64,000 bases of DNA from Candidatus Methylomirabilia bacterium (GCA_041496385.1 JBGQEL010000007.1:23799-87798); one strand, 5' to 3'. Positions 1 through 9,792 are shown, numbered from the stretch's first letter. Made by a program: numbers and translations. Notes: generated by a model from the sequence alone, not told the origin.

Positions 1-1203
1 GGCGTGGATCTGGTGCGGCGGATGAAGGCCGATCACCCGGACCTCGCGGTGGTCGTGATGACGGCGTACGGGACGATCGGCTCGGCGGTCGAGGCGATGC
101 GCCTCGGAGCCGAGGACTACCTCGTCAAGCCGTTCGACGCCGCCGAGGTCCTGATGGTGCTCCGCCGCGCGATCGAGTTCCACGAGCTGAAGGCCGCGAG
201 CCGCGCGACACTGCGGCGCAACCAGGAGCGCTTCACGCTCAGGAACGTCGTGACGCAGAGCCAGCCGATGCAGGAGGTGTTCGAGCTCCTGTCCACGGTG
301 GCGGGGCTCGATACGACAGTCCTGATCTACGGCGAGACGGGCGTGGGCAAGGAGCTGCTGGCGCGCTCGCTGCACTTCTCGGGCGCGCGGCGCGACCGGC
401 CATTCGCCGCCGTCAACTGCGCGGCAATCCCGGAGGAGCTGTTCGAGTCGGAGCTCTTCGGCTTCCGGAAGGGTGCCTTCACCGGCGCCGGCGAGACCCG
501 GCGGGGTCTGCTCCAGGCGGCCAACGGGGGCACGCTCCTCCTCGACGAGATCGGCGAGATGCCGCTGGGGCTCCAGGCCAAGCTCCTGCGCGTCATCGAG
601 GAGAAACGGGTCACGTCCATCGGATCGGACCGTCCCGTCGAGATCGACGTGCGCTTCATCGCCACGACGAACAAGGACCTCCAGGTGGAAGTGGAGCGCG
701 GCGCCTTCCGGCGCGACCTCTTCTACCGCCTCTCGGTGATGCCCGTGCGGGTGCCGCCGCTGCGCGAGCGGCCGGGCGACGTTCCGTTGCTCGCGCAGCA
801 CTTCCTCGAGCAGAGTGCCCGACGCTCCAAGAAGGTGGTGCGCGCCATCGCTCCGGAGGCGATGCAGGCGCTCGGCCGCTACGCGTGGCCCGGCAACGTG
901 CGCGAGCTCGAGAACGTGATCGAGCGCGCGGTGATCGTCGCCAAGGGCGACACCATCGTCGACGTCGAGCGCTTCCTCAGCGGCGAGAGCGGGCGGCCGA
1001 GGGTGGACCTCGGGCTGCCGTTCCGGGACGCGAAGGCGCGCGTCGTCGAGGAGTTCGAGCGCGCGTACATCAGCGGCGTGCTCGAGGCCGAGGGCGGCAA
1101 GCTCACGGCGGCCGCGAAGCATGCGGACATGGACCCGAAGAACTTCCACGAGAAGCTGATCCGGTACGGCCTGCGCCGCCCCTCGACGGGGCTCAGCGAA
1201 TGA
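1..1203 (+). CDS. Sigma-54-dependent response regulator (NtrC/AtoC-type bEBP), 5'-truncated by the window edge
   Basis: Partial REC domain (VVVMTAYG...DYLVKPF), Walker A GETGVGKE, ESELFG-x3-GAFTGA, LLDEIGEM, WPGNVRELEN, C-terminal Fis-type HTH. Confidence 0.95.
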   Translation, partial: GVDLVRRMKADHPDLAVVVMTAYGTIGSAVEAMRLGAEDYLVKPFDAAEVLMVLRRAIEFHELKAASRATLRRNQERFTLRNVVTQSQPMQEVFELLSTVAGLDTTVLIYGETGVGKELLARSLHFSGARRDRPFAAVNCAAIPEELFESELFGFRKGAFTGAGETRRGLLQAANGGTLLLDEIGEMPLGLQAKLLRVIEEKRVTSIGSDRPVEIDVRFIATTNKDLQVEVERGAFRRDLFYRLSVMPVRVPPLRERPGDVPLLAQHFLEQSARRSKKVVRAIAPEAMQALGRYAWPGNVRELENVIERAVIVAKGDTIVDVERFLSGESGRPRVDLGLPFRDAKARVVEEFERAYISGVLEAEGGKLTAAAKHADMDPKNFHEKLIRYGLRRPSTGLSE

Positions 1204-1356
1204 GGCCAGCGGCGTAGCTCCCGCCTTGCCGCGGCCCGTGATTGCGCGCTGCGGCAGGGCCTCGACACCATGGCGCGTCGGGTCTCGATACCAGGAGTTC
1301 GCTCGAGCCCGTCGTCGAACCAGCGAGAAATAAATAGGTCTGTGCCCGGCCTCCTC

Positions 1357-1372
1357 TGGCATAAGGGCTGCA
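1357..1372 (+). promoter_or_regulatory. Sigma-54 -24/-12 promoter for the MFS gene
   Basis: TGGCATAAGGGCTGCA = GG-N10-GC; AT-rich tract at 1328-1336; bEBP gene immediately upstream. Confidence 0.7.
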
Positions 1373-1454
1373 CATCGTTCGCGGCTCCGATGGAGGAGCC
1401 CTGCAGCGAACGGCCATACGGCTGCGCTCCGCGCAGGCGCTCACAGGGAGGCCC

Positions 1455-2798
1455 ATGCGGGCAAAACAGGTTTCGCCCAAGGAGTTGCGCCGCGTCGTCG
1501 TCGCGGCATCCGTCGGCAATATCATCGAGTGGTACGACTTCTACATTTTCGGGAGTCTGGCCTCGATCCTCGCGGTCAAGTTCTTCGAGAAGGGCCACCC
1601 GGTGGCGGCGTTCCTCAGCACGGTGGCGATCTTCTCGGTCGGCTTCCTGATCCGGCCGCTGGGCGCGTTCGTCTTCGGCTGGCTCGGTGACAAGGTCGGC
1701 CGGAAGTACACCTTCATCGTCACGCTGAGCGGCATGGGCGTGGCGACGGCCCTCATCGGCTTCGTGCCGAGCTACCAGGCGATCGGTATCGCCGCGGCCT
1801 TCATTCTCTTCGGGCTGCGCCTGATCCAGGGTCTCTGCCTGGGCGGGGAGTACGGAGGCGCCATCACGTACGTGGCCGAGCACATCGAGGACGAGCATCG
1901 CGGGTACTACACCGGCTGGCTGCAGACGTCGCCCACGCTCGGCATCGTCGTGTCGCTGGCGACGATCATCGGCATTCGCACCTATCTGGGCGTCGAGGCC
2001 TTCAACGACTGGGGCTGGCGGCTGCCCTTCATCATCTCCCTCCTCCTGGTCGCAATCGCGATCTGGATCCGGCTCTCGCTCGGTGAGACGCCGATCTTCC
2101 AGGACATCAAGGCGCGGGGCAAGACCGCCACCAATCCGTGGCGCGAAGCCTTCATGAGCGCCAACTTCAAATATGTCGTCATCGCCAGCATCGTCGTGCT
2201 CGGACAGGGATGCGTCTGGTACAGCGGCCAGTTCTGGGCGCTCTACTTCCTCCAGACGGTCAAGAAGCTCGACGTGCTCACCTCCAGCTCCATCGTGGGT
2301 GTCGCGCTGCTGATCGCCACTCCCACGCTGATCTTCTGGGGCTGGCTCTCCGACAAGATCGGGCGCAAGCCGATCATCCTGGGCGGTATGGCCCTGGCCT
2401 CGCTGACGTACTACCCGCTCTACATGGCGCTCGGGAACTACGCGGATCCCAAGAACGTCAACTACCCGATGTCGATCCTCATCGTCGTGATCCTGGTCAA
2501 CTACGTGGGCATGACCTACGGGCCGATCGGCGCGTTCCTGGCCGAGTTCTTCCCCAGCCGCATCCGCTACACCTCGGTGTCCGTGCCCTACCACATCGGC
2601 AACGGCTGGGGTGGCGGTCTGGTCCCGATCGTCACGACGTCGATGTACCTCTCCACGGGCAGCGTGGGCTATGCGCTGATCTATCCCATCGTGGTGCCGG
2701 CAGTCATGTTCGTGCTCGCACTCTTCCTGATGCCTGAGACGCGCAAGCACAGCATCTGGGAGGAAGGCGCAATCGAAGCGACCCGCAGCCGCGCCTGA
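1455..2798 (+). CDS. MFS transporter, metabolite:H+ symporter (MHS) family
   Basis: GNIIEWYDFY, RPLGAFVFGWLGDKVGRK, GGEYGGA motifs; about 12 hydrophobic segments; GGGAGG RBS. Confidence 0.93.
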   Translation: MRAKQVSPKELRRVVVAASVGNIIEWYDFYIFGSLASILAVKFFEKGHPVAAFLSTVAIFSVGFLIRPLGAFVFGWLGDKVGRKYTFIVTLSGMGVATALIGFVPSYQAIGIAAAFILFGLRLIQGLCLGGEYGGAITYVAEHIEDEHRGYYTGWLQTSPTLGIVVSLATIIGIRTYLGVEAFNDWGWRLPFIISLLLVAIAIWIRLSLGETPIFQDIKARGKTATNPWREAFMSANFKYVVIASIVVLGQGCVWYSGQFWALYFLQTVKKLDVLTSSSIVGVALLIATPTLIFWGWLSDKIGRKPIILGGMALASLTYYPLYMALGNYADPKNVNYPMSILIVVILVNYVGMTYGPIGAFLAEFFPSRIRYTSVSVPYHIGNGWGGGLVPIVTTSMYLSTGSVGYALIYPIVVPAVMFVLALFLMPETRKHSIWEEGAIEATRSRA

Positions 2799-2807
2799 CG
2801 GAGTCGG

Positions 2808-2856
2808 GATCGCCCGGCTACGGGATGGGTACCTTCCCATTCGTAGCCGGGCGATC
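2808..2856 (+). terminator. Long stem-loop after the MFS gene (probable terminator)
   Basis: GATCGCCCGGCTACG / CGTAGCCGGGCGATC perfect 15-bp arms plus inner ATGGG/CCCAT; only a weak U tail. Confidence 0.65.
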
Positions 2857-3010
2857 GGTTCGTGGCCCCAGGTGTTCCTGGTCAGAAACACCCCGCTTTG
2901 CCGTGAAAAGTGTCACGAGCCGGGCATTCTGCCCGTCCTGGCGGTTTCGACCTACTCATGGTTCGTCACCTTTTCAATGAATTAAGGTCCGGGTCCACCC
3001 GTCTCATGTT

Positions 3011-3026
3011 CGGCATGGCCGTTGCA
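3011..3026 (+). promoter_or_regulatory. Sigma-54 -24/-12 promoter for the DksA/TraR-like gene
   Basis: CGGCATGGCCGTTGCA = GG-N10-GC with TTGCA; IHF-like TTTCAATGAATTA at 2972-2984. Confidence 0.7.
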
Positions 3027-3059
3027 CGATCCAGGGCCAGCCGAACTGGGAGGGTCACC

Positions 3060-3464
3060 ATGGACACTAACGTCAGGAAACGGCTAGAGCAGGACCTGAG
3101 TACCGCCGTGAGCCGGCTTCGTCAGATGGGCGGGGCGGTGGCGGTAGAGGATATGCCGGGCGCAATCGGCGACAACACCCCGTTCGCCGACGAAGTCGAT
3201 GAGATCCGCGCGAACGAGGACAGAGAGATCGGCTTCGCCACTCGGGAGCTTCTCGTGGATCGGGTCAACCGCCTCTCGGCGGCGATCGACCGGCTGAACG
3301 ATGGGGACTACGGCACCTGCGTGGAGTGCGGCGAGTCCATCTCGCCCGCGCGCTTGCACGCGCTGCCCGAGGTCCAGACCTGCGTGCGCTGCCAGGACCA
3401 GATCGAGCGCTTCGGGCGCCAGCACACCACCGACGAGGTCGAGGCGGTCGCCGACGACGAGTAG
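3060..3464 (+). CDS. DksA/TraR family C4 zinc-finger protein
   Basis: Coiled coil with DEVD tip; YGTCVECG...ISPARLHALP...CVRCQ; GGGAGG RBS before ATG 3060. Confidence 0.9.
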   Translation: MDTNVRKRLEQDLSTAVSRLRQMGGAVAVEDMPGAIGDNTPFADEVDEIRANEDREIGFATRELLVDRVNRLSAAIDRLNDGDYGTCVECGESISPARLHALPEVQTCVRCQDQIERFGRQHTTDEVEAVADDE

Positions 3465-3486
3465 TCTCCGCACCCCAGAGTGACGG

Positions 3487-3520
3487 CGGGGCCGGGGAAA
3501 CATCCCGGCCCCGTTTTTTT
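3487..3520 (+). terminator. Rho-independent terminator
   Basis: CGGGGCCGGG / CCCGGCCCCG 10-bp stem followed by T7. Confidence 0.9.
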
Positions 3521-3535
3521 GTGTAGGCTAGCCGC

Positions 3536-4153
3536 GTGCGGACACCGGTCCTGGATCTCTTCCGTCCTGCGGTACGCGCCGCGTGCCGCGCCTATTTCGG
3601 CCTCGAGCTGGTCGGCGTCGAACACATTCCGGTGGCCGGACCGCTCATCATCACGCCCAATCATCAGACGTACGCCGACCCGCCGCTCGTGACGATTCCC
3701 GTGCGGCGCCGCGTCTACTACATGGCCTGGAGCCGCCTGTTCGAGATCCCCCTGTTCAGCCGCTTCATCAGGCTCCTTCGCGCGTTCCCGGTCCAGATCG
3801 ACTCGGCCGACCCGCGCGCGGCGCGGGAAGTGGTGCGCCTGCTCCGGGCGGGACAGGCCGTCATGATCTTTCCCGAAGGCGGGCGAAGCCCGGATGGCAC
3901 GGTCCAGCGCTTCAAGCCCGGCGCCTTCCGTCTCGCGGTCTCGCTCGCGACACCGGTCCTCCCCGTGACGATCGCCGGCGGTCACGCCGCCTGGCCACCC
4001 GGCCGCGCCCTCCCGCGCCCTGGGCGCATCACGATCACCTACCACCCGCCGCTCCGGCCCGACCCCTCGCTCGAGCCCCGCCAGGCGGCTCGCGAGCTGG
4101 GCGAACGCGCCCACGCCGCGATCGTGGGGGCCCTCGAGGCCGGCCGCCGCTGA
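3536..4153 (+). CDS. plsC: 1-acyl-sn-glycerol-3-phosphate acyltransferase (PlsC family)
   Basis: NHQTYAD (HX4D) and FPEGGRS motifs. Confidence 0.85.
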   Translation: MRTPVLDLFRPAVRAACRAYFGLELVGVEHIPVAGPLIITPNHQTYADPPLVTIPVRRRVYYMAWSRLFEIPLFSRFIRLLRAFPVQIDSADPRAAREVVRLLRAGQAVMIFPEGGRSPDGTVQRFKPGAFRLAVSLATPVLPVTIAGGHAAWPPGRALPRPGRITITYHPPLRPDPSLEPRQAARELGERAHAAIVGALEAGRR

Positions 4154-4169
4154 CACCCGGGCGACCGTG

Positions 4170-5381
4170 CTACGCGCGGCGCTCCTCCACGAGATACCCC
4201 GCCTCGACGAGGCGCCGTGTGAGCGCCTCGATCTGCGCGCGCCCCGAGGTCTCGAGCGTGAGCTCGACCTCGGTTTCCCCGACCGCACCGCGGGAGAAGG
4301 CGCGGTCGTGCTCGATCCGCAAGATGTTGGCGCGCGCGGCGGCGATGAGCACCGCGAGCCGCGCGAGCTGCCCGGGCTGATCGCGGAGCAGCACGCCGAG
4401 ACGCACGAGGCGGCCGTCCTTGACGAGGCCGCGCTCGATGATGCGCGCGATGACGGTCACGTCGATGTTGCCGCCCGACAGGACGAGCACGACGTTGCGG
4501 CCGGCGAGGCCGAGGGTGCGGTTCAGCAGGGCGGCGAGCGGGGCGGCGCCCGCGCCCTCGACGACCGTCTTTTCGATCTCGAGCAGCAGGAGGATCGCGT
4601 TCGCCAGCTCCTCCTCGTCCACCGTGACGATCTCGTCCACGTGCTTCTGCGCGAGCGCGAACGTATGCTGGCCGACGCGCCGGACGGCGATGCCGTCGGC
4701 GATCGTCGCGGCAGCGGGCAGCGTGAGCCGCTCGCGCGCCTCGAGCGCGCGCCGCATCGAGGGGAGCGCGGTGGCCTGGACGCCGCCGACGCGGATGTCG
4801 GGCCGGTGGGCCTTGATGGCGAGTGCCATGCCCCCGATCAGCCCGCCACCCCCGACGGGCACGAGGACCGCTTCCATCTCGGGTCGTTGCTCCAGGAGCT
4901 CGAGGCCGAGCGTGCCCTGGCCGGCGATGACCCGCTCGTCGTCGAACGGATGGACGAAGGCGAGCCCGCGCTCGACGTTCACCTCGCGCGCCCGCGCGTA
5001 GGCCTCGTCGTAGTTCGCGCCGTGCAGGATGACCTCGGCGCCGTAGCGGCGCGAGGAGGTCACCTTGATGAGCGGTGCCCACTCGGGCATCACGATGACC
5101 GCCGGAATCCCGAGGCGCGCGGCGTGAAAGGCGACGGCGAGGCCGTGGTTGCCCGCGCTCGCGGTGACGACCCCGCGGGCGCGGGCCGCGGGGTCGAGCT
5201 GGAGAAGCAGGTTGGCGGCGCCACGCTCCTTGAACGAGCCCGTCATCTGCAGATTCTCGAGCTTCACGAAGCAGCGCGCGCCGGACAGCTCGGAGAGCGT
5301 CTGCGAGTAGGGGCAGGGCGTCGCGTAGATCGCGCCCTGGAGCCTGCGGCGAGCGTCGTCGATGTCCTTCAGCTCCAGCAC
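4170..5381 (-). CDS. ilvA: Threonine ammonia-lyase with C-terminal ACT domain
   Basis: KLENLQMTGSFKERGA, ASAGNHG, VGGGGLIGG, LSGGNID; start moved to GTG 5381. Confidence 0.92.
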   Translation of the reverse strand: MLELKDIDDARRRLQGAIYATPCPYSQTLSELSGARCFVKLENLQMTGSFKERGAANLLLQLDPAARARGVVTASAGNHGLAVAFHAARLGIPAVIVMPEWAPLIKVTSSRRYGAEVILHGANYDEAYARAREVNVERGLAFVHPFDDERVIAGQGTLGLELLEQRPEMEAVLVPVGGGGLIGGMALAIKAHRPDIRVGGVQATALPSMRRALEARERLTLPAAATIADGIAVRRVGQHTFALAQKHVDEIVTVDEEELANAILLLLEIEKTVVEGAGAAPLAALLNRTLGLAGRNVVLVLSGGNIDVTVIARIIERGLVKDGRLVRLGVLLRDQPGQLARLAVLIAAARANILRIEHDRAFSRGAVGETEVELTLETSGRAQIEALTRRLVEAGYLVEERRA

Positions 5382-5383
5382 GC

Positions 5384-6265
5384 CTAGAAGGGGACCTGTG
5401 GCTCGCGGAGCGACGGCGCCATGAGGGCGACGGGCATGAGCGGCGTCGAGTGCGCCCAGCCGATGCGGCCGCGCCAGTCGAGGAGGATGAGGCCGCCCTG
5501 CCCCCGGCCCTCCTCGCCGAGCAGGTCCACGGCGACCTTCGCCGCGTAGTCGGGATCGTCGGCGTCCTGCAGGAAATGCAGCGCCCGCCGCGCGAGGACG
5601 ACCCGGATGATGGCCTCGCCGTCGCCGGTGCACGAGACGCCGCCGATCGCGCTGTCGGCGTACGTGCCGCAGCCGATCAGCGCGCTGTCGCCGACGCGGC
5701 CGGGAAGCTTGCCGGCGAGCCCGCCGGTGGACGTCGCCGCGGCGATCGTGCCCGCCCGGTCGAGCGCGACGGCGCCCACGGTGCCCTTTGCGCCCGCCGC
5801 GGCGCGCTCCTGGTGGCGGGCGAGCTGGCGCTCGGTCACGAGCGCGCGCGGATCGCATTCGGGAACGCCCCCGGCGCGCGCGACGTCGAGGGCGCCGTCG
5901 CCGACGAGAAGCACGTGCCGCGTGCCGTCCATCACGCGCCGGGCGAGGGTGATGGGATTCGCGATGCCGCGCACGGCGCCGACGGCGCCGCAGCGGAGCC
6001 GGTCACCCTCCATGATGGACGCGTCGGTCTCCACCGTGCCCGCCGAAGTCAGGACCGAGCCGCGCCCCGCGTTGAATCGCGGGTGATCCTCGAGCGATCG
6101 CACGGCAGCCTCGACGGCGTCGAGGGCGCTGCCGCCGGCCGCGAGCACCCTCCATCCCGCGAGCGCGGCGGCCCGCACGCCGCCGCGAAGCTCCTCGCGT
6201 CCGTCCACGGGGTCGGCGCCCGCGCCGCCGTGGACGACGATCGAGGGGACGCGCGCTGGAAGCAT
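5384..6265 (-). CDS. Isoaspartyl peptidase / plant-type L-asparaginase (Ntn hydrolase)
   Basis: IVVHGGAG, FNAGRGS, GTVGAVA nucleophile, TSTGG, GRVGDS. Confidence 0.92.
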   Translation of the reverse strand: MLPARVPSIVVHGGAGADPVDGREELRGGVRAAALAGWRVLAAGGSALDAVEAAVRSLEDHPRFNAGRGSVLTSAGTVETDASIMEGDRLRCGAVGAVRGIANPITLARRVMDGTRHVLLVGDGALDVARAGGVPECDPRALVTERQLARHQERAAAGAKGTVGAVALDRAGTIAAATSTGGLAGKLPGRVGDSALIGCGTYADSAIGGVSCTGDGEAIIRVVLARRALHFLQDADDPDYAAKVAVDLLGEEGRGQGGLILLDWRGRIGWAHSTPLMPVALMAPSLREPQVPF

Positions 6266-6294
6266 GACCTCCACCGTGTCACAATCGCGCCGCT

Positions 6295-6987
6295 TTGCAA
6301 AGCGCGCTCGAGAGCCTGAATGCACGCATCGTCCGCTGCGCCCGCTGCCCGCGGCTCGTGGCGCATCGGGAGGCCTCGGCCGCCGCGCCGCCGCGACGCT
6401 ACGTGGGCGAGCGCTACTGGGCGCGGCCGCTCCCGGGGTTCGGCGATCCGCGCGCGCGCCTCCTGCTCGTCGGGCTGGCGCCGGCGGCGCACGGCGGCAA
6501 CCGCACGGGACGCATGTTCACGGGCGACCGCAGCGGCGACTGGCTCTTCGACGCGCTCCACCACGCGGGCTTTGCCAACCGGCCGGCGTCGCGCCATCGC
6601 GACGACGGCCTGCGCCTGCGCGACGCGTACATCACCGCGACGATCCGCTGCGCGCCTCCCCTGAACAAGCCGACGCCGGGCGAGGTGAGGCGCTGCGAGC
6701 CGTTCCTCCTCGAGGAGCTGGGGCTCCTGGACCGCGTGCGGGTCGTGGTCGGTCTGGGTCGCATCGGCTGGCAGGCCTACCTGCGCGCCCGGCGCGCGCG
6801 CGGCGCGGCAGGGCCGCGGCGGACACCCCGCTTCGGCCACGGCGCCCTGACGATGTTCGACGACGGCGTCACGCTGATCGCCTCGTACCACCCGAGCCAG
6901 CAGAACACGTTCACAGGCAGGCTCACGCGCCCCATGCTGCGTGGCGTGTTCCGCAAGGCCCGGCGGCTCCTGGCGGCGACACGGTGA
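6295..6987 (+). CDS. Uracil-DNA glycosylase family 5 (UdgB-like, Fe-S)
   Basis: CxxC, GLAPAAHGGNRTGRMFTGD, RCAPP, YHPSQQN. Confidence 0.92.
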   Translation: MQSALESLNARIVRCARCPRLVAHREASAAAPPRRYVGERYWARPLPGFGDPRARLLLVGLAPAAHGGNRTGRMFTGDRSGDWLFDALHHAGFANRPASRHRDDGLRLRDAYITATIRCAPPLNKPTPGEVRRCEPFLLEELGLLDRVRVVVGLGRIGWQAYLRARRARGAAGPRRTPRFGHGALTMFDDGVTLIASYHPSQQNTFTGRLTRPMLRGVFRKARRLLAATR

Positions 6988-7394
6988 AGACCTCGCTCTA
7001 TCACGTCCAGCTGAACGTGACGGCGGCCGCGCGCTCGGTACCCTTCGACGCGGCCCTGCTCGAGTACTTCGAATACCGCACGCTCGTGGCGGCCCGCGAC
7101 GCCATGGGCATGAGCAACGGCACGACGGACGTCTGGATCGTCACGGCCGCGGGCGAGCACGCCGCGCGCGGCTTCCACCGGAAGCGCCCGGGGCTGAACC
7201 ATCTCGCGTTCGGCGTCGGCTCGCGGCACGACGTGGACACGTTTCACCGCGAGTTCCTCGTCACGCGCGGCGTCCCCGCCCTCTACGGGCCGCCGCGCGA
7301 CTACCCGGAGTACCGGCCAGGCTACTACGCGGTGTTCTTCGAGGATCCCGACCGGCTCAAGCTCGAGGTCGCCCACGTGCCCGGGCGGACGTGA
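6984..7394 (+). CDS. VOC/glyoxalase family protein
   Basis: HVQLNV, PGLNHLAF, YYAVFFEDPDRLKLE; GTGA overlap with the upstream stop. Confidence 0.85.
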   Translation: MKTSLYHVQLNVTAAARSVPFDAALLEYFEYRTLVAARDAMGMSNGTTDVWIVTAAGEHAARGFHRKRPGLNHLAFGVGSRHDVDTFHREFLVTRGVPALYGPPRDYPEYRPGYYAVFFEDPDRLKLEVAHVPGRT

Positions 7395-7416
7395 GTTGAG
7401 GCGGAGCCGCGGGGCC

Positions 7417-8460
7417 TCAGTCCACGAGATCGGAGGGCAGGCGGGGGCGCTCGGCGACGGTGAGGGTCAGCTCACGGCTCTGGCCGTCGCGCGTGAGCGT
7501 GACGCGCACGCGCTGGCCGGGCTTGAGCGTGCGCACCTTCGCGACGTAGTCCTGGTGGCTCCGGATCGGGGAGCCCTGGATCGCGACCAGGATGTCGCCG
7601 CCGAGAAGATACTCCTCGCCCTGCACGATGACCGAGGTGGTGCCGCCGCGCACGCCGGCGCGCTCGGCGGGGCTTCCATCGTAGACCAGCTCGACCAGGT
7701 AGCCCTCGACCAGTGGCAGCCGGATCATCGTCGACAGCCGGGCGTCCACCTCGCGGCCCTGCATGCCGAGCCACGGGCGCACGACGCGGCCGACGTCCCG
7801 CAGCTCGCGCAGGACCGCCTTCGCGCTGTTGATGGGAACCGAGAACCCGATCGATTGCGCCTCTTCGGAGATGAAGGTGTTGATGCCGATGACGGTGCCG
7901 CAGCGGTCCACCAGCGGGCCGCCGGAGTTGCCCGGGTTGATCGGCGCGTCGGTCTGGATCAGCGGCTGCTCGGACAGGCCGGGCAGGAGCCGATTGAGAC
8001 CGCTCACGATCCCGCGCGTCATCGTCTGCTCGAGCCCGATCGGGTTGCCGATGGCGGCGACCTCGTCGCCCACGCGGAGCTGGGCCGAGTCCCCGAGGCG
8101 CGCGACGGGCAGCGGCGTCGCCGCCTCGACGCGGATGAGCGCCAGATCGAGCAGCGAGTCGAGACCGATCAGGCGCGCCGGCGCCTTCGTCCCCGAGTCG
8201 AGCGTGACGGTGAGCGAGGTCGCGCCGTCCACGACGTGCGCGTTCGTCAGCACCTGGCCGTCGCGCTCGATGAGGACGCCCGAGCCGACGATCGTCTCGA
8301 AGCGTCGCTGCGGCTTCGCCTTGTTGATCTTCGTCGACTGGATCGAGACGACGGCCGGCGAGACCCGCTCGAACACGGTCGCGAACGGTTCGTTGCATTG
8401 CTGGGCCGCGGCGACGGAGGGAACGGCGAGCAGGATCAGGAGCAGCACGCGGCGACGCAT
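7417..8460 (-). CDS. HtrA/DegP-like serine protease with one PDZ domain
   Basis: Signal peptide; TNAHVV, DLALI and GNSGG triad motifs; PWLG PDZ loop. Confidence 0.93.
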   Translation of the reverse strand: MRRRVLLLILLAVPSVAAAQQCNEPFATVFERVSPAVVSIQSTKINKAKPQRRFETIVGSGVLIERDGQVLTNAHVVDGATSLTVTLDSGTKAPARLIGLDSLLDLALIRVEAATPLPVARLGDSAQLRVGDEVAAIGNPIGLEQTMTRGIVSGLNRLLPGLSEQPLIQTDAPINPGNSGGPLVDRCGTVIGINTFISEEAQSIGFSVPINSAKAVLRELRDVGRVVRPWLGMQGREVDARLSTMIRLPLVEGYLVELVYDGSPAERAGVRGGTTSVIVQGEEYLLGGDILVAIQGSPIRSHQDYVAKVRTLKPGQRVRVTLTRDGQSRELTLTVAERPRLPSDLVD

Positions 8461-8484
8461 CGCCCCGGATGATACACTAACCGC

Positions 8485-9792
8485 GTGACGCGCACCCTCG
8501 CGATCCTCCTCGCGCTGTCGCTCGGGCTCCCGGCGACCGTCGGCGCCGCGGACGGCGTGGTCACCGCGACGCTCGACAACGGTCTCCGCGTGCTGCTGCT
8601 CGAGGACCATCGGAGCCCGATCGTCTCCTTCCAGGTGTGGTATCGCGTCGGCTCGCGCAACGAGCAGCGGGGCGCCACCGGGATCGCGCACTTCCTGGAG
8701 CACATGATGTTCAAGGGCACCCCGACCTACGGGCGCGGCCAGTTCGCGCGCCTCGTCGAGCAGAACGGCGGGCAGGACAACGCCTTCACCTCGCAGGACG
8801 TCACCTCGTACTACGTGAACATCGCCAGTGACCGCCTGGACCTCGTCGTCGAGCTCGAGGCGGATCGCATGCAGAACCTCCTCCTCGATCCGAAGGAGAT
8901 CGAGTCGGAGCGGCAGGTGGTGATCGAGGAGCGCCGCACGCGCACCGAGGACGACCCCGGCGGATACCTCGGCGAGGAGGTCGGCTCGCTCGCCTTCAAG
9001 GCCCACCCGTACGGCTACCCGATCATCGGCTGGATGGAGGACATCAGCCGGATCACGCCGGCCGAGATCCGTGCCTTTCACAACGTCTACTACGTCCCGA
9101 ACAACGCGATCGTCGTTGCCGTCGGCGACTTCCAGGCGGCGGACGCGCTCGACCGGATCACGCGGCGGTTCGGGCGGATCCCACGCGGGTCCGAGCCGCC
9201 GCCCGTTCTCCCAATCGAGCCGCCGCCGAACGGCGAGCGGCGCGCCGTTGTCCGCAAGCAGGCGGAGCTGCCCATCGTCTACCTGGCCTGGCACGTGCCC
9301 AACCAGCAATCGGCGGACGCGGCGGCCCTCGAGGTGCTCTCGACGATTCTCGCCGGCGGCCGCGCCTCGCGGCTCTACAAGGAGCTCGTCTACCGGCGGC
9401 TCGCGCTCGATGCCGGCGGCGACTACTCGTGGTTCTCCATCGATCCGAACCTCTTCTGGTTCTGGGCCACGCCGATGCCCGGGCAGACGCCCGAGACGCT
9501 CGAGAAGGAGCTCCTGGCGCAGATCGCGCGGCTGAAGGCCGAGCCCGTGACCGACGAGGAGCTGGCCCGCGCCAAGAATCAGATCGAGGCGTCGTTCGCG
9601 TTCCAGGAGGACTCCATCCACCGCCGCGCCTCGCTCCTCGCGCGCTTCGAGGTGATCGGCGGGCATCAGCTGAAGGACGGATTCCTCGCGAAGGTGCGCG
9701 CGGTCACCGCGGCGGACCTGCAGCGCGTGACCGGCGCCTGGTTCCCGGAGGACAAGCGAACCGTCGGCGTCCTCCTGCCGGCGTCGCCGTGA
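8485..9792 (+). CDS. M16 family zinc peptidase, catalytic subunit
   Basis: Signal peptide; HFLEH (HxxEH), NAFTS. Confidence 0.93.
   Translation: MTRTLAILLALSLGLPATVGAADGVVTATLDNGLRVLLLEDHRSPIVSFQVWYRVGSRNEQRGATGIAHFLEHMMFKGTPTYGRGQFARLVEQNGGQDNAFTSQDVTSYYVNIASDRLDLVVELEADRMQNLLLDPKEIESERQVVIEERRTRTEDDPGGYLGEEVGSLAFKAHPYGYPIIGWMEDISRITPAEIRAFHNVYYVPNNAIVVAVGDFQAADALDRITRRFGRIPRGSEPPPVLPIEPPPNGERRAVVRKQAELPIVYLAWHVPNQQSADAAALEVLSTILAGGRASRLYKELVYRRLALDAGGDYSWFSIDPNLFWFWATPMPGQTPETLEKELLAQIARLKAEPVTDEELARAKNQIEASFAFQEDSIHRRASLLARFEVIGGHQLKDGFLAKVRAVTAADLQRVTGAWFPEDKRTVGVLLPASP

Noticed and set aside
879..2891. Long antisense and alternate-frame ORFs (e.g. 879-2891 minus, 36111-38579 plus, 50255-52387 plus, 54280-56358 minus)
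   Set aside because: Shadow ORFs expected at high GC; Arg/Ala/Pro-rich, no motifs, and they overlap clearly recognisable genes
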